Assembly: GCA_050246755.1 (NCBI GenBank)
Contig: JBFWVL010000001.1
Location: forward strand, 1,088,001 to 1,152,000
Direction: 5' to 3'
DNA from: Bacteriovoracia bacterium
GTDB taxonomy: Bacteria > Bdellovibrionota > UBA1018 > CAIPTA01
Length of the DNA: 64,000 bases
The position numbers and the translations under genes are program-made. Shown here one piece after another: positions 9,487 to 18,719 of this stretch (its first letter is position 1; each line of letters opens with the position of its first letter). The notes beneath the pieces are model-generated. The model made no database searches, had not been told where the DNA came from, and worked only from the letters and a program-made list of their open reading frames with translations.

Positions 9487-11403
9487 TTAACGGATATTTT
9501 TCAAAATAAACTCGGCTAAGCGCTCATTAGCTTTTCCATCGAGCTGACCCACCACTCTTTCGGCGAATTTTTGCCCGTGGGCAATCCATTTCTCGCGATA
9601 GACCGGATCCCCGTGGAGTCGGCCTATCTCCTGGCCCAGATCTCCTCCGGTTACCACGCAAACGCCGGACTTATATCTCTGATAGGCGAATCTTCCGCCC
9701 TCCATATCGAAGGCCGCGAAGGCCGTTTCACTGCCGCCGATCGCCAGCGGCGTGCGCGTAAAATTCACTTCCAGGTTCGCCGTGCTTCCGGGGGTGCCCA
9801 CCACCACATCGGCGGCCGCGCACAACAGATCGAGCGGAACCTCTCCGATGACTACTTTTGCGCCGACGCAATACCGCCTAGCCTGATCTTCCAGCAAGGC
9901 ACGGTCCTCGAATGGATGGCCCTTGATCACCATCTGCGCACCGCAAGTTTTAGCCGCGGCTTCGCATTCCCGCAAAATCCATTTTTTATCTTCCCAGCCG
10001 AGCGTGAAAGAAACAGCCCGAGAAAGGAAGAGAAAGATCGGCTTCTGCGGATCTAGCCCCAGCTTTTGCCGCACACTTTTTTCGGCTGCTTGCTTGGATT
10101 TTTCGTCGAATACCCGCTCGAACAGCACGCTACCCGCGTTCAGCGAACTACTCCGCTTCGCAATCCCTTTTGCCTCCCAGCGATCGATGAACCAAGGCGT
10201 AAGGGCCGCATAGAAATCGCCCATCCCGCGAATATGATTTTCTACCAGCGTGGCCGAAGAATTGTATCCATCCATGATCTGCTGATCGTAGAACGCCGGA
10301 ATTTTAAGCCGTCGGGCCGTATCGGCCGAAATATAAGGCAACTCCAGCGGATCGGTGAAAACGAAGGCCACCGGCGCTATTTTTGAGATCGCACGGTCGA
10401 TATAGCGGGCGGTAAGCGCGGCGATGGCCGCCTCGTCGAACCAAATCTCTCTCATGGCCGCCGCATGGAACTTCGCGATGTTTACGCCTTCATATTCATG
10501 GGTCAAAGCTTGGATTAACGTACGCTTCGCGCGCCAAAGACGCGCAAGTTTTCCGTGCAAAGAGAAGTAGTCCCGCTTGAGGGGAAATTCAGCGAGTAGA
10601 TCTTCGAGATTCACTACTTCGGGAGCTAGGCGAACGGAAAAAAAAGGTTGGAGAGCGATCGCCTTGGTTCCCTTTTTCTCTAGTGCCCGCATAGTGGGCC
10701 GGGCATAGTGGTATACTCGCTCTTTACCCATGCCGAAAATAACGCCGCCCCGAAAAGAAGAAAGATCTCGTCGTGAGATATGCACAAATCGCCGCGAAAA
10801 ATGCCTTAACGCTCGCTTAACATCTCCATAAATTTTGGCGCATTCTTCCAGCGCAATAAGGGGAAGCGCGGAAATGATGCTGGCCGGCGATACGGGGACC
10901 CGGGTACCGGCCGTTCCGGCAGAAGCGGCCAAAAGCAGTTCGCAAAAATATCCCCTTCCCGCCAGATTTAAAGAAACAATCGGGTTCTTTTGGAGAAAAT
11001 TTCTGATCCCGGAGATAAAATAGGGCAAGTCTTCCCCATGAGGAGAAATGAAACGGTAGCTCAGGGCGCGAGGAATGGAAATTCCCCCTTCCCAGGCTGA
11101 AGCATCCATCTCGAGGATTTTAATCGCCGCATCGTTGAAATCGCTAAACTCGCGAAAATCTTCCGCGTAACAGCTGGCAAGCAAACGCAGCTCCGGCCAG
11201 GCGATCGCCTGGTACCCTAGCGAAACCGCAACTTCCTTAAGGGCCGCCGGGCCCAATACCCAATCATCGGCCTCCATATTTCTTCTCGCGAGGAAAAAAT
11301 TTATCCTTAGAAGAAATTTGGCGAGAAAAAAAAGCGGGGGAGATGCCACGATTCGCGGCGAGATTTCTTCAAGAGCCAGGAGTTTTACCGGATGCGGAGC
11401 CAC
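9487..11403 (-). CDS. Putative GT-B fold transferase (CMP-ulosonate transferase-like)
   Basis: VIKGHPFE (HP motif) followed by AADVVVGTPGSTANLE; lies near pse genes. Confidence 0.55.
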   Translation of the reverse strand: MAPHPVKLLALEEISPRIVASPPLFFLAKFLLRINFFLARRNMEADDWVLGPAALKEVAVSLGYQAIAWPELRLLASCYAEDFREFSDFNDAAIKILEMDASAWEGGISIPRALSYRFISPHGEDLPYFISGIRNFLQKNPIVSLNLAGRGYFCELLLAASAGTAGTRVPVSPASIISALPLIALEECAKIYGDVKRALRHFSRRFVHISRRDLSSFRGGVIFGMGKERVYHYARPTMRALEKKGTKAIALQPFFSVRLAPEVVNLEDLLAEFPLKRDYFSLHGKLARLWRAKRTLIQALTHEYEGVNIAKFHAAAMREIWFDEAAIAALTARYIDRAISKIAPVAFVFTDPLELPYISADTARRLKIPAFYDQQIMDGYNSSATLVENHIRGMGDFYAALTPWFIDRWEAKGIAKRSSSLNAGSVLFERVFDEKSKQAAEKSVRQKLGLDPQKPIFLFLSRAVSFTLGWEDKKWILRECEAAAKTCGAQMVIKGHPFEDRALLEDQARRYCVGAKVVIGEVPLDLLCAAADVVVGTPGSTANLEVNFTRTPLAIGGSETAFAAFDMEGGRFAYQRYKSGVCVVTGGDLGQEIGRLHGDPVYREKWIAHGQKFAERVVGQLDGKANERLAEFILKNIR

Positions 11404-12417
11404 TTATTTTCCCGGATCGAGAATACAGTGATAGTACGGATTCAAGGTGCCGCCGAAACTGAGCTTAAACCAGCCGCGGGCCGGGCTATTTACGCCTTCA
11501 AGATCCACCATGGTGATGCCCACTTGGCTTAACGCCTTAAATGCGTCCCAGATCACTATCGTGCCTGAATAACGGTCGATATGCTCTGGATCGTTCCCGC
11601 CGAAAAGATAGTAGGCATTTTTACCGTGAAGGCCAAAAAGCGCCGCGCTAACCGCCTTCCCCTCTTTGTTATTCACCACGAAAAGCTTCGCGAGGTTGAT
11701 TTCCAGCAGGTTAGAGGCCAATGCTTCGATTCGCCGGCAGCGGGCGTCTACTTCCGCCATTTCGGCGTTCTGTTTGGCGAAGGTAGCCCTATAAAGACGG
11801 ATAAGATCGGCGACGCTGCCTTTTTCGGAGGCGCTTATCCCGTCTTTTCTCGCGTAACGGATTTCTTGCCGGCGCGATGAACTCATTTCTTCGTAGGCCA
11901 AGCAAGCTTGCTCATCGGAATTCCCACGAATCGATTCGATATTGACCAACGTGGTATAGCGGATACGAATCGAGAATTTTTTCGCCGCATCGGCCTCATG
12001 GTAATTATGCCAGAGAAATGGGCGAATATCGTTGAGGCTAGGCGCTAACGCCATCATGATTTTTTTAAACTTTAGCGCAAGTTCACTGATCACGAATTCC
12101 GTTATTTCAAATCGCTTGGAAAGAATAGTCTGATTACCCTCGTTGCCGCTTGGTGGGAAAAGAACGAGGCCGCTGTAGATAACCAAATCGTCGAAATCCG
12201 TTTTTTCGGAATCGGTCTCGTCCAATACGAGATAAACGCCGGCGCGAGGTTCCCCGCCCTTGATCACCTGAAAATAAGCGATCTTACGCCCGGTGGCCTC
12301 GAGGTATTCTGCCCGCGCAAAAAGCGTGGCGTCCGGGCTCCGTTCCACGAATCGGTTCCATTGGAGCGAATCCTGGATCGGCAGCAGTGAATATTTGTCC
12401 GTAACGCCCTTAGACAA
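11404..12417 (-). CDS. GNAT/FemAB-like acyltransferase
   Basis: WNRFVERSPDATLF start, SRRQEIRYA, AYYLFGG, VDLEGVNSP..WFKLSFGG, as in FemAB-related GNAT proteins. Confidence 0.75.
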   Translation of the reverse strand: MSKGVTDKYSLLPIQDSLQWNRFVERSPDATLFARAEYLEATGRKIAYFQVIKGGEPRAGVYLVLDETDSEKTDFDDLVIYSGLVLFPPSGNEGNQTILSKRFEITEFVISELALKFKKIMMALAPSLNDIRPFLWHNYHEADAAKKFSIRIRYTTLVNIESIRGNSDEQACLAYEEMSSSRRQEIRYARKDGISASEKGSVADLIRLYRATFAKQNAEMAEVDARCRRIEALASNLLEINLAKLFVVNNKEGKAVSAALFGLHGKNAYYLFGGNDPEHIDRYSGTIVIWDAFKALSQVGITMVDLEGVNSPARGWFKLSFGGTLNPYYHCILDPGK

Positions 12418-12558
12418 TTGAAAATAACCCCTAATTTAGGTGCAGTCCCCATTTTTGGCCCGAAAGCTCCAATTCCACAAGCAGGAAGCAGGGCCGGAAT
12501 CGATGATAACATAACGCACTTCGCCCATGGTACTCTCTAGCTAAAGGGAGGGGATCTT

Positions 12559-12987
12559 CTGGAGTTCCGACGAGTAAAAATCACCGATTCCGAGCTACTC
12601 CTACTTTGGCGCAATGATCCCGAAACTAGGGCTAATTCCCTCGATTCCGCCGAGGTGAGCCGCGCCACCCACGAGGCCTGGTTACAGGCCACTCTTCAAA
12701 GTAAGCAACGAATGCTATTTATAGCCGAAGAATCCGGCCATCCCGTGGGGACCGTCCGCCTAGATTGTGGCGATAGGGACTGTGAACTTTCCTGGACGGT
12801 GGCTCCCGCCTTTCGAGGCAAGGGAAAGGGAAAAGAGCTAGTAGCTAAAGCCTCCGGACTGACTGACCTCCCCCTCACCGCCCGGATCTTGGAAAAAAAC
12901 GAAGCCTCCATGCGGATCGCTAAATCCGCCGGCTTTACGCTCGTAAAAACGGAAAACGGCGTGACTCACTGGAAAAAAACGAAATAG
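12559..12987 (+). CDS. pseH: GNAT N-acetyltransferase, PseH-like
   Basis: LWRNDPETRANS...HEAW...GTVRLD...FRGKGKG...NEASMRI is the PseH/RimJ-type pattern. The frame is open upstream of GTG 12655 to CTG 12559, which follows a GGAGG SD. Confidence 0.7.
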   Translation: MEFRRVKITDSELLLLWRNDPETRANSLDSAEVSRATHEAWLQATLQSKQRMLFIAEESGHPVGTVRLDCGDRDCELSWTVAPAFRGKGKGKELVAKASGLTDLPLTARILEKNEASMRIAKSAGFTLVKTENGVTHWKKTK

Positions 12988-14304
12988 CTATTTTACTTCG
13001 GCTAGAAGGCCGGCGGCCTCGAGTTTTTGCGCCAGAGGCACTAGATCCAATACGCTGCACTTCGCGATTTCCGCCAGATGACAGAGGTCATTCTTCCCGT
13101 CGGCGTAGAAAAGCAAATATTTGATCCGCAGGAGCTCATCGCCGATTTCCCGGAAATTACCTACCGTAGGGTAAAGCCCCCTTTTGCCGAGCTGAGGTTC
13201 ACACTCGGTATGAAGCGCCCGGTAAGTGCGATTCCCCTCTAAGGCTTCGATGATTTTAAGATGCAAATTCACGGCGCCTTGAATGGCCGCGAAGGAAAGC
13301 AGGGCTTTATTGTCGAGCGAGGTATGATACTCGGGATACTCCATATACCGGCCTTGCGAAATCGAGATCACCGGTAAATTGAACGCGGGCGAGCAAAATT
13401 GTCGCTCGTCGCTACCAGTGGGAAAAAAATCATCTACGCGATGGCCCTTGCCGCTAAAGCGCAAAATATTGACGGCACAACGATCGGCCGCGCTGTCTCC
13501 GCGCTTACTTTTCTTCAAAGTAAATTCGTCCTTTAGCCCGCAGCAGGTGAATACAAATCCACCCCGGGAATCGCGTTTCATCGCTTCCCCGTGCTCGCTC
13601 AGATAGGCAATGGCGCCAATCGTCTCCGGAGCAACCACAAACCGGTAAGAAAAACGCCGGCCAGGCATGGCTTTCAACGCCCGGTAGAGCGAAGCCAAAG
13701 CCAAGGGGCCCGACAATTCATTATTCGCCATCGAAGGATGACAAAGGTAGGTGCTGAGTAGAATTTCGCCTTCGGATTTTCCGGACTCCGGCGCCAATAT
13801 GAAATGCCCGTAGGTAAGCGAACCTTCTTTTAAAGAGCTGCGTACCACCACCTGGTACTTGCCCTCGGGTAAATCGTCTCGCTGTTTTTGACTCAGGCAG
13901 AATCCCCAGCGCTTGTTATAGTAAGAAGTAACGTAGGGAATAGCCTCGGGAAGCTCGGAAAGCGAATAGAGATGCGCATCCAATTCTTGGCGGGTCATTT
14001 CTCCTTCGAAAGGAATCGAGTAGCCCACAAGGTGGAGATTATTCTCGGAAAAATCCAAGATCTTTTTACCTTTTGGATCCACCACGTAAGCTTCCGCCAC
14101 GTTCCATTCAGGCGGGATCGTCCAATCGAATACTTCCTTACCGGTGGGAACCTCCACTAGCTTCAATGGCACAACTTCGCCCAAAATCTTTAGCGAGTCT
14201 CGGAGACCGTTGCCCGTAATGCTGCGGGGAAGCGGCCAAAGGCGATCAAAGAGCGCTTCTAATTCGGCTAGAGACAGCTGTGACATAGATTGAGTGTTTA
14301 CCAC
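12988..14304 (-). CDS. DUF4910 aminopeptidase-like protein (Cj1295-like glycan modification protein)
   Basis: RSITGNG, FDWTIPPEWN, NNLH, IPYVTSYY, YLCHPSMANNELSGP, PETIGAI, GSDERQ, EYHTSLD and a C-terminal wHTH. Confidence 0.88.
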   Translation of the reverse strand: MVNTQSMSQLSLAELEALFDRLWPLPRSITGNGLRDSLKILGEVVPLKLVEVPTGKEVFDWTIPPEWNVAEAYVVDPKGKKILDFSENNLHLVGYSIPFEGEMTRQELDAHLYSLSELPEAIPYVTSYYNKRWGFCLSQKQRDDLPEGKYQVVVRSSLKEGSLTYGHFILAPESGKSEGEILLSTYLCHPSMANNELSGPLALASLYRALKAMPGRRFSYRFVVAPETIGAIAYLSEHGEAMKRDSRGGFVFTCCGLKDEFTLKKSKRGDSAADRCAVNILRFSGKGHRVDDFFPTGSDERQFCSPAFNLPVISISQGRYMEYPEYHTSLDNKALLSFAAIQGAVNLHLKIIEALEGNRTYRALHTECEPQLGKRGLYPTVGNFREIGDELLRIKYLLFYADGKNDLCHLAEIAKCSVLDLVPLAQKLEAAGLLAEVK

Positions 14305-14307
14305 GCC

Positions 14308-15009
14308 TCAGCCCTTCGTGCCTCGCAACAACTGGTATTTAAGTTCGGCAATTTTCCAGTCGTCTTCGGTATCGATGTCTTGCACTTCGGTCTCAGGAAG
14401 CACGAGAGGCGCCGTATCATCGGAAAACAATAGCGGCTTCTGGAGGAACTCCGCCACCTTCCCGCAATAGAATTGCCCGGCATCATGATAGGAAACGGCT
14501 AAATCCTGAGAGCGAGCTTTCGCGTAAGCCGCGTCTAGCCAGCGTAACTTTCCAGATTCGATTTTCAGGGCGCGCTGGATAGGCGGGCTGAAGGCAACCA
14601 CAGGTATCACCGTTTTGGTATTTCCCTCTTCGAGCAGTTTCATGGCCGATTGCAAGCGAGCGGCGTTCACGAACGGCGAAGTGGGATACAGGCAGCAAAA
14701 GGTCTCGAAGCTGCGCCCTTGCCTCGCGAAAGCCTCGAGCACTTCGAGGATCACTTCGGCAGTTCCGGCGTGATCATCGGAGTTTTTGGCAGAACGAAAA
14801 AAAGGAACGGTAGCTCCCGCGGATTTTGCGATTTCGGCGATTTCGGGATCGTCGGTCGATACCATTACTTCGGCAAACAACTTCGAGGTGAGGGCGGCCT
14901 CGATCGGGTAAGCCAGGATCGGGCGTCCATGAAAGACACGAATATTTTTTCGCGGGATTCTTTTGCTTCCGCCCCGGGCGGTAATGATCGCGATTCTGTT
15001 TTTGTTCAA
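14308..15009 (-). CDS. pseF: Pseudaminic acid cytidylyltransferase
   Basis: ARGGSKRIPRKNI, VSTDD, RSQDL..YHDAGQFY, QDIDTEDDW. Confidence 0.9.
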   Translation of the reverse strand: MNKNRIAIITARGGSKRIPRKNIRVFHGRPILAYPIEAALTSKLFAEVMVSTDDPEIAEIAKSAGATVPFFRSAKNSDDHAGTAEVILEVLEAFARQGRSFETFCCLYPTSPFVNAARLQSAMKLLEEGNTKTVIPVVAFSPPIQRALKIESGKLRWLDAAYAKARSQDLAVSYHDAGQFYCGKVAEFLQKPLLFSDDTAPLVLPETEVQDIDTEDDWKIAELKYQLLRGTKG

Positions 15010-15053
15010 AACGCCTCCGTGAGCGAATGATACTATAAATAGGTTTTCGCCCG

Positions 15054-16244
15054 CTAAGGAATCTGTTTATTTAGCCAATTCGCGAACGCGAAGCTAGCGG
15101 TATAAGCCGGCGAAACCGCGTTCAATACGTGGGTGGAGTTTTTCCCGGGAAGAACCAAGAAATCCATAACGAGCTGATGGTTTTTCGTGTCCACCAGCTG
15201 GGCCCGGATCCCCGATTTCACCTCGGCCGACAAATCAGATCCAGAAACCCCGGGTAAAAGCCCACGCAACTCCGAGAGGAAATTGGCGGGCCATAGGCGA
15301 GCCACTTCCGAACGCACATGGCGGCGCATATTGTTTTTATTCATCAGCCACATCCGGGAAATTTCCCCGAGAAAACCCGCGCCCTCGAGCTCTATGCCTC
15401 GTAAACCCTGATAGTGTTCGCGGCCCAGCGCCGGCACCGCCGTAGGGCCAACCCAAATCTTTCCGTGCACAGATTTCGTCACGTGCACGCCGAGAAAAGG
15501 CAGCGAGAGATCGGGAGTAGGATAGATAAGATGACGGATTTTTTCGGTCCAGGGAGCGGTCATGCCCACGTAAGCCCCGCGAAAGGGCAAAAGGCGGTAT
15601 TGCTCCCCTATCCCAAAACGGTGGGCCAGCTTATCAGCATAAGCCCCCGCAGTATTAATCAGGTGCCCGTAACTAAATCGCTCACCGCCCGCCTCGAAAC
15701 TTCCCGCCTCCACTTCGAGCCTCTCTACGCTCGCCCCGAACCGAAGCGTTATTTTTCCTTTCAGCTCTTCCACAAGAGAGGCCAAAACGGATTTATTATC
15801 AATCACCGCGGTGAGAGGAGAAAGCAGCGCCGTGCGGTGGGTTTTAGCGGCGGGTTCGATCTCCCTAGCCTGGCTCTGCGTGAGCCTTTCTACCGGTACG
15901 CCATTGGCCTTAGATCTCTGTTCGATGAGGTCAAGCCGAGGCAAATCTTCGTCGGTCGAGGCCACGAGAAGTTTCCCAACCTGAGCATAGGGCAAGTTCC
16001 GCGCTTGTACGTATTCCCTGAGTTTTCGTGCTCCTTCTACGCAGAGGAGGGCCTTTAGGCTGCCGGGCGGATAGTACAATCCCGCATGTACCACTCCGCT
16101 GTTGCGACCACTCGCGTGAAACCCCGTACTGGTTTCCTTCTCGAAAAGGGCGATTTTCGCAGGGGGGCGCGTGGAAGCCAGCTCTTTGGCCAGAGTAAGG
16201 CCGATGATCCCGCCCCCTACGATCACGTAGTCGAAATGCTGCAT
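15054..16244 (-). CDS. lhgO: L-2-hydroxyglutarate oxidase-like FAD oxidoreductase
   Basis: IVGGGIIG, HASGRNSGVVHAGLYYPPGSLKA, PFLGVH, GIRAQ, HVLNAVSPA. Start set at ATG 16244 because the longer ORF overlaps gmhA. Confidence 0.85.
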   Translation of the reverse strand: MQHFDYVIVGGGIIGLTLAKELASTRPPAKIALFEKETSTGFHASGRNSGVVHAGLYYPPGSLKALLCVEGARKLREYVQARNLPYAQVGKLLVASTDEDLPRLDLIEQRSKANGVPVERLTQSQAREIEPAAKTHRTALLSPLTAVIDNKSVLASLVEELKGKITLRFGASVERLEVEAGSFEAGGERFSYGHLINTAGAYADKLAHRFGIGEQYRLLPFRGAYVGMTAPWTEKIRHLIYPTPDLSLPFLGVHVTKSVHGKIWVGPTAVPALGREHYQGLRGIELEGAGFLGEISRMWLMNKNNMRRHVRSEVARLWPANFLSELRGLLPGVSGSDLSAEVKSGIRAQLVDTKNHQLVMDFLVLPGKNSTHVLNAVSPAYTASFAFANWLNKQIP

Positions 16245-16376
16245 AAAATTTCTTATCTTGAGAAAGAGGCTAATTCTATGCCTAATTCCCTCGACACCGA
16301 GCGACATTTTCTTGTTTTCGGGGGAATTCAGATGATAACTAGCGGAAGCCACTGAAACCTGAAAAACTAGGAAGCC

Positions 16377-16964
16377 ATGACAGCTAAAGATTTCGTTACT
16401 AAATACCTCGCCGAAGCCCTTCCCATTTTTGAAGTATACCGCACCGAGCATTTTACTCGGGCGATGGACCTTCTATGGACCGCCTACCAAGGCAATAAAC
16501 AAATTTTCATCTTCGGCAACGGGGGATCGGCCGGAACCAGCTCCCACATGGTGAATGACCTCTCCAAGGGCAGCTCGGTACACGATAAACGGCGCCTACG
16601 CGTGATCGGCCTGGCCGACAACATGAGCCTGCTCACCGCCTATGCGAACGATAACGGCTACGAGACGGTTTTCGCCGAACAGCTGAAGAACCTAATGAAT
16701 CCCGGCGACGTATGCATCGCGATTTCCGCGAGTGGAAACTCTCCGAACGTGATTAAAGCCGTGGAGTACGCCAAGGAAAAGGGGGGAAAAGTGATCAGCC
16801 TCGTAGGCTTCTCGGGTGGAAAGCTACGCCCCTTAAGCGACGTAGCCCTCTATTTCGAGACCTACAACTACGGCATCTGCGAAGACGCCCAGCTCATGTT
16901 CTCCCACCTGAGCTGCCAGTACCTCCACCAGAAGATAGAGGCCGAGGGCATTCCGGCCCTCTAA
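16377..16964 (+). CDS. gmhA: Phosphoheptose isomerase (SIS domain)
   Basis: FGNGGSA, TAYAND.GY, ISASGNSPNV. Confidence 0.85.
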   Translation: MTAKDFVTKYLAEALPIFEVYRTEHFTRAMDLLWTAYQGNKQIFIFGNGGSAGTSSHMVNDLSKGSSVHDKRRLRVIGLADNMSLLTAYANDNGYETVFAEQLKNLMNPGDVCIAISASGNSPNVIKAVEYAKEKGGKVISLVGFSGGKLRPLSDVALYFETYNYGICEDAQLMFSHLSCQYLHQKIEAEGIPAL

Positions 16965-17102
16965 AATACCCCCATTTTCCCTATGAAAAGCCCGAAAATT
17001 GATTCGGTCGGCCATCCTTTGCCCAAGACGGCCAATAAGTTTGCTACAGTGGTAGGCTCCTGATATGAAAAATTCAATATTCATCACCCGTACGGAGCGC
17101 AT

Positions 17103-18710
17103 ATGGTCATTTTAGGCATTCATGGGGGATTCACGCTTGGGCAACACGATGCCGGCGCAGCCCTTATCAAAGACGGAAAAGTTATCGCCGTTTGCGAAGA
17201 AGAGCGCTTCCTCAAGATCAAGGCCGCTCGCGGACAAATGCCAATCTTCGCCATTAACGCCTGCCTCAAAGAAGCCGGCCTAAAGATGAAGGACGTAGAC
17301 CTCGTTCTCTGCCCCGGCGCCACCTACGAGAAGATGGAAGAGCGCCTCGGCCTATTTTTTAAGCACTATTTCCATCACCAGCCCAAAATCCAGCTCGTGA
17401 ACCATCAGTTGGCCCACCTCGCTTCCACCTACTACGCCTCCGGCTATTCCGAAGCGATGTGCGTATCCTACGATTTCCGCGGCGATCGTCTTAGTTGCGC
17501 GCTCGGCGTGGGCAAAGGCGATACGATCGAAGTGCTGGAAACTTACGAAGCCGAAAATTCCCTCGGGATGTTCTACGCAATGATCACCCAGCACATGGGC
17601 TTCTCGATCGGCGAAGACGAGTATAAGCTCATGGGCCTCGCGCCTTACGGGGAAGACAAATACGATCTCTCGCCAATCCTGAAGATCACCGATCAGGGCT
17701 ACGAAGTGAATATGGATTTCGTGCGCAAATCCCCGCCGATTTCCTCCAGCGTAGAACCCATTTATTCGGAAAAGCTTAATGAGCTTCTCGGCGCCCCGCG
17801 CTTGCCCTCGGAGCCGATCACTCAGCGCCATAAGGACATCGCCCACTCCGCCCAAAAGCATTTGGAGAAGGCCCTCAATCACTTGATCACCAAATTCTAC
17901 GAACGCACCAAGATCGCCAATCTCTGCGTGGCGGGCGGCGTGGCGCTAAACTGCAGCGCCAACGGAAAAATCCGTGCTCTGCCTTTCCTGAAAAAAATGT
18001 TCGTGCAGCCGGCCTCCTCGGACCGCGGCCTCCCCCTGGGCTGTGCCTATATCGGCTCCATGCAAACCGGGCACCGCCCGGAAGTACTCACCTCCGTGTA
18101 TATGGGCCCGACCTATACCGACGAAGAGGTAAAGAACGCGCTTACCCTCACCGGCCTAACCTTCAAGAAAAGCGAAAATACCGCCCAGGAAGCTGCTGGC
18201 CTCCTTGCGAAGGGCAAAGTAATCGGCTGGTTCCAGGGACGTTCCGAATTCGGCCCACGCGCGCTCGGAAATCGCTCCATTCTCGCCGATCCCCGCGCTC
18301 CTCACATGAAGGATGTGGTGAATAAGAAAATTAAGTTCCGCGAAGAATTCCGCCCCTTCGCTCCCGCTTGCCTGGAAGAAGCCGGCCAAGAAATTTTTGA
18401 CCTTTCGGCGCCCTCGCCTTTCATGACCTACGCCGTGCAAGTACGAGACGGCTATAAATCACAAGTAGCCTCCACCACTCACGTGGACAACTCGGCAAGG
18501 GTGCAGACCGTTTCCGCAAAAACCAATCCGCGCTTTCACGCTCTTATCTCGGAATTCAATAAAATTACCGGTACCCCGGTGGTTTTGAATACGAGCTTCA
18601 ACGTAAAGGGCCAGCCGATCGTGGAAACCGCGCTCGACGCCGTGGCCACCTTCGCCAGCACGGGCATCGATGCGCTTTTCGTGCACGACTACGTTCTCTA
18701 CAAGAGCTAG
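17103..18710 (+). CDS. NodU/CmcH family O-carbamoyltransferase
   Basis: HDAGAAL, EEERF, HQLAH, EYKLMGLAPYG, AGGVALNC, EFGPRALGNRSIL, FRPFAP, LNTSFN. Confidence 0.93.
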   Translation: MVILGIHGGFTLGQHDAGAALIKDGKVIAVCEEERFLKIKAARGQMPIFAINACLKEAGLKMKDVDLVLCPGATYEKMEERLGLFFKHYFHHQPKIQLVNHQLAHLASTYYASGYSEAMCVSYDFRGDRLSCALGVGKGDTIEVLETYEAENSLGMFYAMITQHMGFSIGEDEYKLMGLAPYGEDKYDLSPILKITDQGYEVNMDFVRKSPPISSSVEPIYSEKLNELLGAPRLPSEPITQRHKDIAHSAQKHLEKALNHLITKFYERTKIANLCVAGGVALNCSANGKIRALPFLKKMFVQPASSDRGLPLGCAYIGSMQTGHRPEVLTSVYMGPTYTDEEVKNALTLTGLTFKKSENTAQEAAGLLAKGKVIGWFQGRSEFGPRALGNRSILADPRAPHMKDVVNKKIKFREEFRPFAPACLEEAGQEIFDLSAPSPFMTYAVQVRDGYKSQVASTTHVDNSARVQTVSAKTNPRFHALISEFNKITGTPVVLNTSFNVKGQPIVETALDAVATFASTGIDALFVHDYVLYKS

Positions 18711-18719
18711 GGCCTGACT

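Noticed and set aside
12457-12495. GGCCC...GGAAGCAGGGCC as SRP RNA
   Set aside because: Lacks the conserved CAGG-stem-GNRA-stem-AGCAG domain IV structure.
16245-16451. N-terminal extension of the lhgO ORF given in the ORF track
   Set aside because: It overlaps divergent gmhA, and the FAD-binding motif begins right after ATG 16244.
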